Assembly: GCF_009914755.1 (NCBI RefSeq)
Contig: NC_060927.1
Strand: one strand, 5' to 3'
DNA from: the human T2T-CHM13v2.0 reference genome, Homo sapiens
DNA: 64,000 bases
Shown here piece by piece: positions 13,733-28,290 of this stretch. Position 1 is the first letter of the stretch. Each line of letters begins with the position of its first letter. A program made the position numbers and the translations under genes. A model generated the notes under the pieces. The model was not told where the DNA came from. It made no database searches and worked only from the letters and a program-made list of their open reading frames with translations.

Positions 13733-13869
13733 GGCTCTCCTTGCCCTGGAAATAAGAATGGTACATTTCCGATACCCATGTTCTCTGCCTGTGCCAGGCT
13801 CTCCTTGCCCTGGAAATAGGAATGGTACATTTCCGGTACCCGTGTTCTCTGCCTGTGCCAGGCCTCCTT
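13733..13869. repeat. 64-bp tandem duplication (2.1 copies)
   Basis: ggctctccttgccctggaaat...ttctctgcctgtgcca at 13733-13796 and 13797-13860, with three A/G differences. Confidence 0.97.
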
Positions 13870-14229
13870 AAATGATATGAACTGTGGCTAGCAATGTTTT
13901 AAAATGACCAAAATCATCACATTAGATGATCACCTTAGACAAGGTCAGAGGTGATCCAAGTCAATGGCTAAGTAATCCTGAGGGTACAAAATTCTCTAAA
14001 CTTTGAGCCTGAAAGAACTTAGATGTAAGCGACAAAAGACACTGCAAAGTAGCTTTACCTAAAAAAAAAAAGTATACATTTGTGGAAAGCAGAACTTCAA
14101 AACTCCACTCTGGAACCTCTTCTGAAATATCTGCAGGTTTGACCAGAGAAGTAATTCACGCTGTCAAAGCTTTAAACTGAGATGATAGATGATATGCTCT
14201 TGAGGGCAAATATGGGAGTGAAGGCTGGA

Positions 14230-15440
14230 CATGAATCTGATAACCAGCCACTTACTAAGTTAATAACAGGACAAGTGACCTTGTTTCTCAGGGCCTTACT
14301 TTCCTCATGTATAAAATGGGGATAATAGTCCCAAGCCCACCCATCTCACATCACTGCTGGGAGGAGCAAATGAGACCATGGATGTAACATACCTTATAAA
14401 TAGGTCGTGACGTATTGCATACATGGAAGAGGTTGTATTATGGTTAGAACTAAAAGGCTGTATATATTTCAGAGGCAAATATTCAGATTCAAGGCATGTG
14501 GTTAGAGGGAGGTACTGCCTTGTCTATCAGAGCCTGGTTTCCAAGTGCTGATCAATAGACTTACAGAATTCTTTTCTCTGAGAGCGGTTGCCCCTCCAGG
14601 AATTCCTCCTTGGAGGCAGTTATTGTATTTGGCTGCTGACCTGTGTGTATCCTCAGTTACTGTGTGAGCTCCGCGAGTGTAGGGACCATGACTATTGTAG
14701 GAGCATAGCACAATGGTGAAATGTGCAGGATTTGGGGCCAGGCGACCTGGGCCAGTCCTAGTTCCTGGCTTTTCTGCTTATCCACCATCTGGCTTTGGGT
14801 GAATTATTGAACTTCTTCAAGTCTTAGTTTTCTCACCTCTGATATGAAGATAATAAATATACCTACCTCATAGTGATGTAAAAAAGATTAAATGAGTTGG
14901 TATATGTCAAATCTGGAACATAGAAAGTGCTTAAGGAATGCTGGGTATTTATTATTATTTTTATTTGTTACTGTTGTTGTTCCCTTCATATTTCTAGTGC
15001 TTAGAACAATGTTATGTTATGAATAACATAACAGTTATTCAACAAACAGATAATGAAAGACTGCAAAAGAAAGTCTGCATCCCAGCAGATACTTACACCA
15101 GGATTAATGAATCCTAAGGGTCAGAAAAAAATGGAAAAGGACTGAATCATGTGGGTTGGGTTTGCAAACTTTAAGGCCTATTTTGACATTTTGTCTTTAC
15201 CAATAACAAAAACACATCTACTATACTGAATATTGGTATAACAAAGAATTCTAAATAATTTTTAAGGCCAGTGTCTTACTAGATTCCCACACCAACCTTG
15301 TGCGGGAAAGTATTATTATACTATCCACTTTGTAGATAAGGAAATAGAGATTCAGAGAGAGGAAATATCTTGTCTGACCATCACACATCTGGTAAACAGA
15401 GGTGCTGAAATTAGAAGTTGGTCTTCTGGCTCATTGTTCG
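14230..15440. mobile_element. Three MIR fragments (~14230-14420 +, ~14700-14955 +, ~15285-15435 -)
   Basis: Cores ttcctcatgtataaaatggggataatag, ttttctcacctctgatatgaagataataa and tttgtagataaggaaatagagattcagagag. Confidence 0.75.
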
Positions 15441-16294
15441 TTCCTCTTCCTGGGAACGAACGCAAAGCTAATTCATCCTGGCACTGCGTCTCTGACAGAG
15501 GCGGTGGAGGGCATTTTGCGGAAGAGCCTGGTTTGTCTCCCTGACTGCAACAACCAAATTAGGAGTGTAGCTCCTAGATATCTAGATTCCCTACAGTCAT
15601 TCATTAAGAATCTCTCACCTGTGAGTTTAGCTAAGGCTTTGTGAAGCTCATTTTCAGCTCAGCCTATACCTTGGTTTTGAATCCTATTTTCCTTGGCATA
15701 TGAAATGTGCGTCACCTTCATTGCTCTGGGTTTTCCCCGGTGAAAGCTTAGCCGATACAACCAGTCCCTGCTCTGAGCATGGAAACCGGAAGCCCTGAAG
15801 GTTTTTTCAACGTAGGCTATTTAGGCAAACTAGACATTGCAGTTTAATTACGCCATTGCTCAACTTCATAGATCCTTCAGATTGCCTTCAGAGAAAAACA
15901 TTTCTCTCAATAATTCAAACCCCTGATAATTTCCTCTGAGAAATTACCAGCAGATTGCAAAAACAGCATAGTTATTCACTACGTGACCTTTTCTTCAGTC
16001 CCATTGTCTTGTACCGCTCTGCAGCATTGCATATTTTTGACAATTTTACCTCTAGTACCTCTTGAAATTTAACGTTACTCTGGTTCTCCTATACCTGCAT
16101 CCTGGCCTTCTCTAAAAACTTCGTAGCTTTTTCCTTCTCTACCTTATAACTTTGGACATTTCCCTAAGTCTAAACCTGTGGTCCTCCGTTTTTTCTTCTC
16201 TTTTTTTCTTTCTTTTTCACCTGCTCTGCCAGTGTTGTGCTAGGCACTAGGAAACAAAGACATGTGAAACATCATATCTAACCTCAAGGTTAGA

Positions 16295-16474
16295 TACTGA
16301 CCAACAAATGCTACCTCATTAGGTATATCTTACTGTTATATTAACTTTATATATGGGCTAAACTTGTCTCCTGTACTTGATTGTAAATTCCCTGAAACAA
16401 GGATGGGTGCCACTGGATTCAGAACAGGAGTAAGATATTTGAACTCTGACTCAGGTACCTACTGGCTACCACAG
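16295..16474 (+). repeat. Dispersed ~180-bp duplicate of 19901-20079, inserted in an L2
   Basis: Direct repeat with about 8 differences by manual alignment. Confidence 0.95.
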
Positions 16475-16686
16475 TCTAGTAGAGGGCCAATGGATGTCTG
16501 AACAAAGACCTCTAAGTTTAATACACTTTTGTGCTTTGATAGGAGTAGCTGGGACTTGAGTTGAGGGAGAAGTATAGTAAACTGTGAAGGACAGATAAGT
16601 CGCTATGAAAGAGATCTTCAAAGATGTCTTAAAAGATGAGTAGGTGCTCCTCATTCAGACAAGGAAAGGAAGGAGAGTTGAAATCA

Positions 16687-19489
<2,803 letters not shown>

Positions 19490-19900
19490 GAAATCAGAGT
19501 ACAGCTTGTACAAAAGAACCAAGGGAAGAAACTTTGAGTTTCGTTTTCTAAATCTGTGAAGTGGAGGTAAAAATACTTATGTTGCAATGTTGTTGAAAGC
19601 ATTGGCAATGCTGTGTATAAACAGAGCCTGAAAGTTAGTAGATAATCAAGGAATGACCGATAATAATAATAATAACAAACCCCCTTTTCTTACCAATCTT
19701 GCTTTTTTTTTTTTTTGTAAAAAGATGAGATTGGAATAGAAAATTTTAAAGGCCTTTCCGAATCTCATACCCCAACATGTTGTAAAATCCTCTGGGGAAA
19801 TTTATCAACGGTGCCATCCCTTCTCCCCTGTATATTCCCCTAATGCTGGCCATGCCTCAGCATTGTCTACCCTCTGAACACACGAAGGGACCATCAGTTT

Positions 19901-20079
19901 TACTGACCAACAAATGCTACCTCATTAGTTATATCTTACTGTTATATTAACTTTATATACGGGCTAAACTTGTCTCCTGTACTTGATTGTAATTTCCCTG
20001 AAACAAAATGGGTGCCACTGGATTCAGAACAGGAATAAGATGTTTGAACTCTGACTCAGGTACCTACTGGCTACCGCAG
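19901..20079 (+). repeat. Probable donor copy of the 180-bp duplication, running into a MIR
   Basis: Matches 16295-16474 and continues seamlessly into MIR-like cttgggtaaattgattaac...atgtattaaatgggg. Confidence 0.9.
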
Positions 20080-20254
20080 CTTGGGTAAATTGATTAACGT
20101 CCATTTTTTCATGTATTAAATGGGGAGCACGCTAATGGCCACTTTTAAAAATTATTATGAAGTTTAAATGAAATAATTCATACGATGGTACTTTGTAAAC
20201 TATACAAAATTATAAATATAGTAATTTTATATTGCATTTATTTCTATATCTATA

Positions 20255-22630
20255 TTAATGAGGACTCTTGATTGCCACTAACAGAAACCCAACACAAAGA
20301 AGGCTAAGCAGAAAAGCATATTTGGGGAATATAACTGAATAATTTCAACAAATACTAAGTAAGAAAATCAGAACTATGCATGTCTTCTCTCAGCTATGGT
20401 TCTTCTATGTAGATTTCTTGTTTTTTTCTTTTTCTTTTTTTCCATCCCTTTACTTTGACTCCGTAAACGTCTTTACCAGTTAGGTGGGTTTCTTTATGTA
20501 GCACATGGTTGGATTTTTTAAAAAATTATTTATTTATTTATTTTTATTATACTTTAAGTTCTGGGATACATGTGCAGAACGTGCAGGTTTGTTAAATAGG
20601 TATACATGTGCCATGATGGTTTGCTGCACTCATCAGCCCGTCATCTACATTAGTTATTTCTCCTAATGCTATCCCTCCCATAGCCCCCCACCCTCCAACA
20701 GGCCCCGGTGTGTGATGTTCCCCTCCCTATGTCCACATGTTCTCATTTCAACTCCCACTTCAAGTTTCAACTCCGACTTCTGATTGAGAACATGCAGTGT
20801 TTGGTTTTCTGTTCCTGTGTTAGTTTGCTGAGAATGATGGTATCCAGCTTCATCCATGTCCCTGCAAAGGACATGAACTCATTCTTTTTTATCATTACAT
20901 AGTATTCCATGGTGTGTATGTGCCACATTTTCTTTATCCAGTGTAACATTGGTGGGCATTTGGGTTGATTCCAAGTCTTTGCTTTTGTGAATAGTGCTGC
21001 AATAAACATACATGTGCATGTGTCTTTATAGTAGAATGATTTATAATCCTTTGAGTACACACCCAGTAATGGGATATTTGGGTCAAATGTTATTTCTAGT
21101 TCTAGATCCTTGAGGAATCGTCACACTTTCTTCCACAATGGTCAAACTAATTTACATTCCCACAAACAGTGTAAAAGCATTCCTATTTCTCCACATCCTC
21201 TCCAGCATCTGTTGTTTCCTGATTTTTTAATGATCGCCATCCTAACTGGCATGAGATGGTATCTCATTGTGGTTTTGATTTGCATTTCTCTAATGACCAG
21301 TGATGACAAGCTTTTCTTCATATATTTATTGGTTGCATAAATGTCTTCTTTTGAGAAGTGTCTGTTCATACCCTTTGCCTACTTTTTGATAGGGTTGTTT
21401 GTTTTTTTCTTGTAAATTTGCTTAAGTTCCTTGTAGAGTCTGGATATTAGCCCTTTGTCAGATGCATAGATTACAAAAATTTTCTCCCATTCTGTAGGTT
21501 GCCTGTTCACTCTGATGATAGTTTCTTTTGCTGTGCGGAAGCTCTTTAATTAGATCCCATTTGACAATTTTGGCTTTTGCTGCAATTGCTTTTGGTGATG
21601 AAGTCATGAAGTCTTTGCACATGCCTGTGTCCTGAAGGGTATTGCCTAGGTTTTCTTCTAGGGTTTTTATGGTCTTAGGTCTTATGTTTAAATCTTTAAT
21701 CCATCTTGAGTTGATTTTTGTATAAGGTGTAAAGAAGGGGTCCAGTTTCAGTTTTCTGCATACGGCTAGCCAGTTTTCCCATCACCATTTATTAAACAGG
21801 GAATCCTTTCCCCATTGCTTGTTTTTGTCAGGTTTGTCAAAGATCAAATGCTTGTAGATGTGTGGTGTTATTTCTGAGGGCTCTGTTCTGTTTCGTTGTT
21901 CTATATATCTGTTTTGGTACCAGTACCATGCTGTTTTGGTTATTGTAGCCTTGTAGTATAGTTTGAAGTCAGATAGCCTGATCCCTCCAGCTTTGTTCTT
22001 TTTGCTTAGGATTGTCTTGGCTACAGGGTCTTTTTTAATTCCATATGAAATTTAAAGTAGTTTTTTTTTTTCTAATTCTGTAAAGAAAGTCAATGGTAGC
22101 TTGATAGGAATAGCATTGAATCTATAAATTACTTTGGGTAGTATGGCCATTTTCACAATATTGATTCTTCCTATCCATGAACATAGAATGTTTTTCTATT
22201 TGTTTGTGTCCTCTCTTATTTCCTTGAGCAGTGGTTGGTAGTTCTCCTTGAAGAGGTCCTTCACATCCCTTGTAAGTTTTTGGGCATCTCTTCCTGGGTG
22301 CCTCTCAGCAGCTGCAGGTTTGTATCATATCCATTGAATAACCTTAATCAAAAGTCTTTTTTCCCCCAAGTAATTTTGGCAACAATCCAAGAATCAATTC
22401 TCCATGTACTGAAATGGGCATGCAACTATCTATCATTCAGTCTCAGTGGCTATTGAAGTTAGATATGCTGATTGGTTAAGCCTGGATCTACTCCACTGCT
22501 GGAACTTACATGAAGAAGACAGTTTCTTACTACATGGATTGAGAGTGGGAGCGGTGGTTCCCTAAAGGAAAAGTGTGATGCTGTTGCCAGAATATGAGAA
22601 AGTAGGTGCTTAAAAGGCTATAACTACAGC
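20255..22630. mobile_element. Old MaLR LTR (MLT1K-like) split into ~20255-20415 and ~22279-22630 by the L1 insertion
   Basis: Start gactcttgattgccactaacagaaaccc and end ggttccctaaaggaaaagtgtgatgctgttgccagaa resemble the two ends of MLT1K. Confidence 0.6.
20527..22278 (-). mobile_element. 5'-truncated L1PA7/8-like element
   Basis: 3'UTR and ORF2 C-terminus in antisense (ORFs 20767-21060 and 21142-21369), aaactaacacaggaacagaaaacc motif, (TTTA)n tail. Confidence 0.93.
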
Positions 22631-24639
22631 ATCACTATAGTAGCCTTATAAGTCAAGGCGCCAGGAGCTAAAAGGGCAGATACTCTTTGTGGATGTGCCA
22701 TGATGCACACATTGGGACAATGCTGTGATGAATCAGAGTCCATGTCTTGTGAGGCAAATCAATGCATTCAACAAGAAATCTAAAAGAAGACAAGTTGTAG
22801 AAAGTTCCAAAACAGGGATATTCACAGGACGTATATTGGGAGTCCAACCAACGTTTAATTGCTTTGATGTTGATTTCAAACTGGCCTGAAGTTTTCTTAT
22901 ACTGGCATTGGTGAGCATGAGAGTGAGAGGAACAGAGAAAGTTCTGAAACCATATTTTTAAACAAAGTTTTTTAGAATAAATCATTCATTCATTTGAATA
23001 CCTGTCTAAAAGCGGGAGGGCCTCTGATGAGTTCAGCCCAGGACAAGCTCAGCGCTATGGAGCCAGGCTGCCAAGAGGCAGGAAAGGGAAGAGTCTGCAG
23101 CCACAGGAGTGTATTGTTTCCTGCCAGCTGGGGCTGCTTCCTCCCCCCAGCAGTCTCCCGGCAGCCGAGCCTCCACCCTTTGGTGTCTTTTGTGGTGGGC
23201 AGGGATGCCACCAGAGCTGGGCCTGAGCATGGACACTGGGATGAGCCCACTTTTCTGGTGAGCTTATCCCAGTATCCATGCTCTGTCCCAGCTCTTGTGG
23301 CAGCTGGCTACATTGTTGGCAGTCACTGGATAGAATCTAGCGAGAGACTTGGGAAATGCCAGAAATGGCCCCTGACTTTGTGTTGCTGCTACTTTGGGAA
23401 AATGGACTAGGTTGAGGAACTGAAAGGTCTTCCAGCTTTCCTTTCTCCTCCTCTCTGACCTCACCTTCCTCCCTAACTTCTTTTCCCACCAACTTTTTCT
23501 CCTTTCTCGTTTTTCTGTTTGCCCCTTCTGATAGGATGAAATTCTCTTCAGGACAGCATTAATATCTTTATTAAAGACAAAGCCCCAGTTAGGGGGCCTT
23601 TATCAAGACAAAAAGTGCAAATCCTGTCTTTAGTAATCGAAGGAGCATCCCCAAGGCAATAACCCAAGGAAGGCAGTGGTGACCCCAGAGACAGGCATAT
23701 CTGGTGGTTTTGGAAGTTCAGAGGCAGGAGAAGTAACTTCAGCTGGGCGTTCATGGAGTGCTTCCTGGGGTAGGTTTCATTTAACTTAGATCTTTTCATT
23801 TAAGTTAGATCTTAAAAAGACACAAATTAACCTGGCAAAATGAGTGAGGGAGGCAGGCACAGCTCCAAGAAGGACTCAAGCTTCGTGTGCTAATGTCTAC
23901 ATCATTTGCTGATTACTATGGTTCCTCACTCAGAGCTTGAATAATTTTAGTTTACACAAACTGTTAATAAACTTGGCTACCTATAGATATATACAAGACC
24001 CAAAACAGCACATTTGATGAGGAAGAATGGGTTACAATAGGCAGGCCTACTAAAAAGGAAGACAAGTACAAGGTTGATGACTTGATAAGAAGAGAGGAGA
24101 CAGAAAACAAGAACCCCTGCCGCGAATCCTCAGTCACTTAAAAATCACAGCAATCCGGATCGAGTGTGGAGTCAAGAGGTGCTTTAAATTTAGAGAGTCC
24201 TCTAGAATGTCATCATATATTATATTGCAGTGAAGAAAGTGACAGCCTACAGTGTGCCCCCTTGTGAAAGGCTAAATTATTTTCTTTATGCTTTGTCTTA
24301 GAAGATAGACAAATGCATAATCGATTTTAGAAATAGTTCCATCCTAATTGAGTTACAATGGAGTTTGTATTTAAACCATAAACCTTCAGTATTTGGAATG
24401 CTGCTCATCAGAGAAGAAATAATTTGGTTTGACTTTTAATAAATTCCAAAGTTCTGTGGATCACATTATGTCATACACTCTCATCCAAACTCCTGCTTAT
24501 CGCGTCTATGCCTCCTCCACTCCTAAGGTTTCTTTTGCTTCTTCCTTGACTGAGGCTTTCTGCAACTCCCCTCTGGAGTCTGGCGCACGGAGCTCCTGCT
24601 GATGCTTCTTCTTCTGCATTTCCAATGTGCCAGTGAGGG

Positions 24640-24850
24640 GGCAGTGGGAGAAACTCTGAGGCAGGGGCTACTTGGATATGGGTCTTGGCTTCCAACCTAA
24701 AAGTTGGAAATTTTAGAAAAGTCCCTTCCCCTCTCTGAGCCCCTGTTTTCCCATTCAGAAAATAAGAATAATAACCCTTATTCGTGGAGCTATTGTGAAA
24801 ACAAAAGGCATGAATGCATGTGAGCATGCTTAGTAAACTGGGCAGTGGTT
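24640..24850 (+). mobile_element. MIR
   Basis: ctctctgagcccctgttttcccattcagaaaataagaataata. Confidence 0.7.
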
Positions 24851-25589
24851 CCATTCTCAATTCATGCAGAGCAATTATAACTACCCCCTCCCCTAGTTGT
24901 CATTTGCATGTGGACCTTTCTCTTTCCCTTGCTTGGTAATTGACTTGAGACTGTGTTTTCCCTGGTTTTTGTTTTGTGTTTGGTATCTCCCTGAGAAAAG
25001 CCTGTTTTGGGCTCTGCAGGTCATGTGTGTTGTGTAACCCTGGAGGAGGGACACTATTCATAGCTGATAATGTGAATAGGGTCCTCCACGGTTCTGTGAT
25101 GTAGGGGTCCTGGCCATAGGGCCTAGCGTGCTGCTGTCTCTGTATGTATTAAACATTAGTGACTCTTTTTCTGTCCTTAATACTTAAGCCCTGTCCTGAG
25201 GCATAAAATATTACTGTGTACTGACCCTGAATTGAAAATTTTGCACTGTATTATTCAGCTTCAGGCCTAGCTTTCAATTTCCCATTTCATTTTCGACTGG
25301 ACTACACTGGTCATTGCCTTGAGAGATTTTTCCCAGCCACAGAAGTCTTCTGGTGAAGACGGTCTTTAGACTGGCAGGGTTTCAAAGTAAATATAAGTAA
25401 AATAATTGGCAAGTCTGATATTTAGGCTTTGGTGTTTTAATCCCCAATTCTTTTGACACTGGGCACATCTCAACAGCCAGGCTTGGAAGTGGTGGTGGGG
25501 GAGAAGGACATCACAGCGTATTTCTGCTGCACTCTCCTCTTTCCACTCTCATCTGTATAAAGTCTTTGCAGCATCTGTGAAATATTGTG

Positions 25590-25750
25590 GTCTAACTGCT
25601 ATTCGATTCTTGGTGGACTTCCGTTTCTTCCTCTGTGCACTGGGACTAATCATACCCACATCTGAGGGTTGCTAAGGAGTGACATGAGATGCTATGTGTA
25701 TGCCTCCAGGCACAGAGCCAGACCCCTGTTAGGTGCTCACAAAAGCAATA
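25590..25750 (+). mobile_element. MIR
   Basis: cttccgtttcttcctctgtgcactgggactaatcatacc...gttaggtgctcacaaaa. Confidence 0.6.
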
Positions 25751-27179
25751 GGTGAACATGAAACCATGGTGACAAACAGCCTGCTTCTCCTCTTCTCTGA
25801 CAATGCTTGTCTAGATTGGGGAGCTCTGACATAAAACTTTCTGTCTTACAATGAGAGAACAATCTATCTATGTGTAACTTCCATCTATGAGACCCCTGGG
25901 CGAGGATGGTGTGTCTTCCCCTTTTCTTAGCGTTCTCACTCTGTCCCGTAGTGAGGACGGACAACAGAGAGCTGCTGTGGTCAGCGAGCCGAGGAGCCAG
26001 ACAAGGCTCTGTGGTTACGTACTTATTTAGTTTCTTATTTATTACTTTTGCAGTTAACATTTTTTACAATCATGTTATTTTGTGGTTTATTTGCAAAATG
26101 CATTGTGAGCCAAGTTTGCTTCAAATGTGCTCTGAGTCAGAAAATGGTTACATAGGGGACCCAGAGAGATGGGAGGGGAGGGTAAAGAGCAGCTGCAAGA
26201 ACATCATATAATAGATATATCAGTTATTGCTCCTTGCTTTGTAATTAGGCTACTCAAGGTAGACGGAGAAATGGAAACAATGCATAATAGGCTCATGTGC
26301 GGCAGCGTGAACAGACTCTTCTGCCTCAGAAGTCAAATGCAAAGGGGCCAGCCTGGGACTTGGGGAAGAGAACCCTGGAGAGAGCTTCACTCCTGCTTAA
26401 CCACCCATGAGCACCAAAGCAGCATCTTTGAAAATCTTTGGGAGACAACAGTAGAGCTTGGTTAGAGAGGCAAAAGTGACGGATAATGAATTAACTCATA
26501 AATACTATTAGAGGGTTTATTATAAATTGTTTTTGAAGATTTTAATAGAAACGAAAACCTAGTTTTCAGAGATTAGCTGAAATAAGTCCCAAGAGAAGCT
26601 TTGCCAGAAGCCGCTTTTCCTTTTAACTCTCTGTTCTTCCTTTCTCACCCCCGCAGGCAATGGTAGATTCCTAAGAGGACGCCTGTTGTTGGTGAAGCCC
26701 ATTTTGACTGTGTTCAAGTTTGTTCTTGTATTATTCCATCTGGTGGCTCCCCAAACCGCTTTCTTTTTTTACTCTCCTTGTAAATATTTACATAAGAAGG
26801 TTCTTGCAAAGGCAGGATCCTATATTGGTGGATTGGCGCTAAGCAGAGTCTTGACGTGTTTTATTCCTTTTACGAACAATTCGGTTAAGTGGATTCTCTC
26901 CCAGCTCATTAAAAAATAGCCTTTTATTTTAATAACACCATCAGAAACTAAATAGCATCAGAGGGGAAAATAAGTTTGCAATGTGCAGCCTCAAGTGGCA
27001 ATCTCTGAGCCACTGTTAGTGGTTGATGCAAGAATTGGTGATTGTAGTTAGTGGCTAAAATGCAGCATGCATTTAAAGGACTCATCTCCCTAGGCAGAAC
27101 AAGGATCTGTGGTGTTTTCTGGGACAGCTGAATGCATAAGAGATCAGATAACTGGATCAGGAGATCAAGACTTGGTTCT

Positions 27180-28290
27180 CAAACTTCAGACTTCAGCTCA
27201 TCTTGCCTTCCTCCCTGAGGCACTATCTTTGTTTGCTTTCTCTTCGCCGCCCTCCCTCTTGGACAAGTCCATCCTTGCCCACAGCTTTAACTGATACTTC
27301 TTTAGAGGGAGCAGTCAAACCTCTCTTTTTAGCTTTAACTTCTCTTTTGAGCCCCAGTTTCTGCATTCCCAGTTTTTCTGGACATTTTAAACAAGATTGC
27401 CATCGCAACCCAAACCTGACAGGACCAAAGCCAACCTCAACTCCTTCTGAACCTGGTCCCACTCTTGCTCTTGTGAGTGCTACCTTCCAGCCCCACCCAA
27501 ACAAGCTTAATCCCAAAATCTGTCACCTTTGCCCCAACCCTGCATCCCCAAATCTAAAGCAATTGCCAAATGATGTTGATTTTAATACTGCATGAAGACT
27601 TGCATTGGTACATCTGTTTCTGTCCTCGCTGTCATTGTCCTAGGCTTCCTTAAGCTCTATACATTTATTCATCCATGTGCTCATTCATTCAACATACGTG
27701 TTGATTGGATGGTTCCTGTATACTAGATATCTAGCAGGTGCTGGAAATATAGAAGTGAACAAGACAAAAAGAGAATTTGAACCTGTTCTCACGGGGGAAG
27801 ATGCACATCAAAAAATTTATGATAAAACTTGTTAAATTTGACCATATAGGAAAAATAAGAGAAGTCACAGGCTTATCTGTCTTCTGATACTACCGAGCCC
27901 TGCAGCATGATGTTGCCATGTTCATTTGTCTGACTATGTCACTTTTCTGCTCAAATGCCATCAGTGCCCCTCAATGTTACCTATTTATTTCACAGCATTT
28001 ATTTACTCATTCATTCATCATTCGTATGTTCTTTTGTTCTCCTTCACACCATGCTCTTCATTGTCTCCATGCTCTTGCTAATGTGGTTCCTTCTGCCCAC
28101 AGCACTCTCTTTATACCTCACTGCACCCAGCCACTCGTCACTTAGTTAATTGAAGAGACACCTTGATTAATGCAGATGTCAACACTTCAAGGAAGACATC
28201 TCCACTCTTCACTGAAGCCTTTCATAACATGCTCACAAGCTTTTTCTCCATCCTTTCATCCCATCCATTAGGTACCCGTTCACTCTTCAT
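27180..28290. mobile_element. Cluster of L2 fragments in both orientations
   Basis: cattcattcaacata L2 tail at ~27680, and cttgctaatgtggttccttctgcc and acacttcaaggaagac phrases. Confidence 0.55.

Noticed and set aside
22990-23464. Cluster of overlapping ORFs on both strands
   Set aside because: Locally higher GC reduces stop codons. There is no recognisable domain or exon structure.
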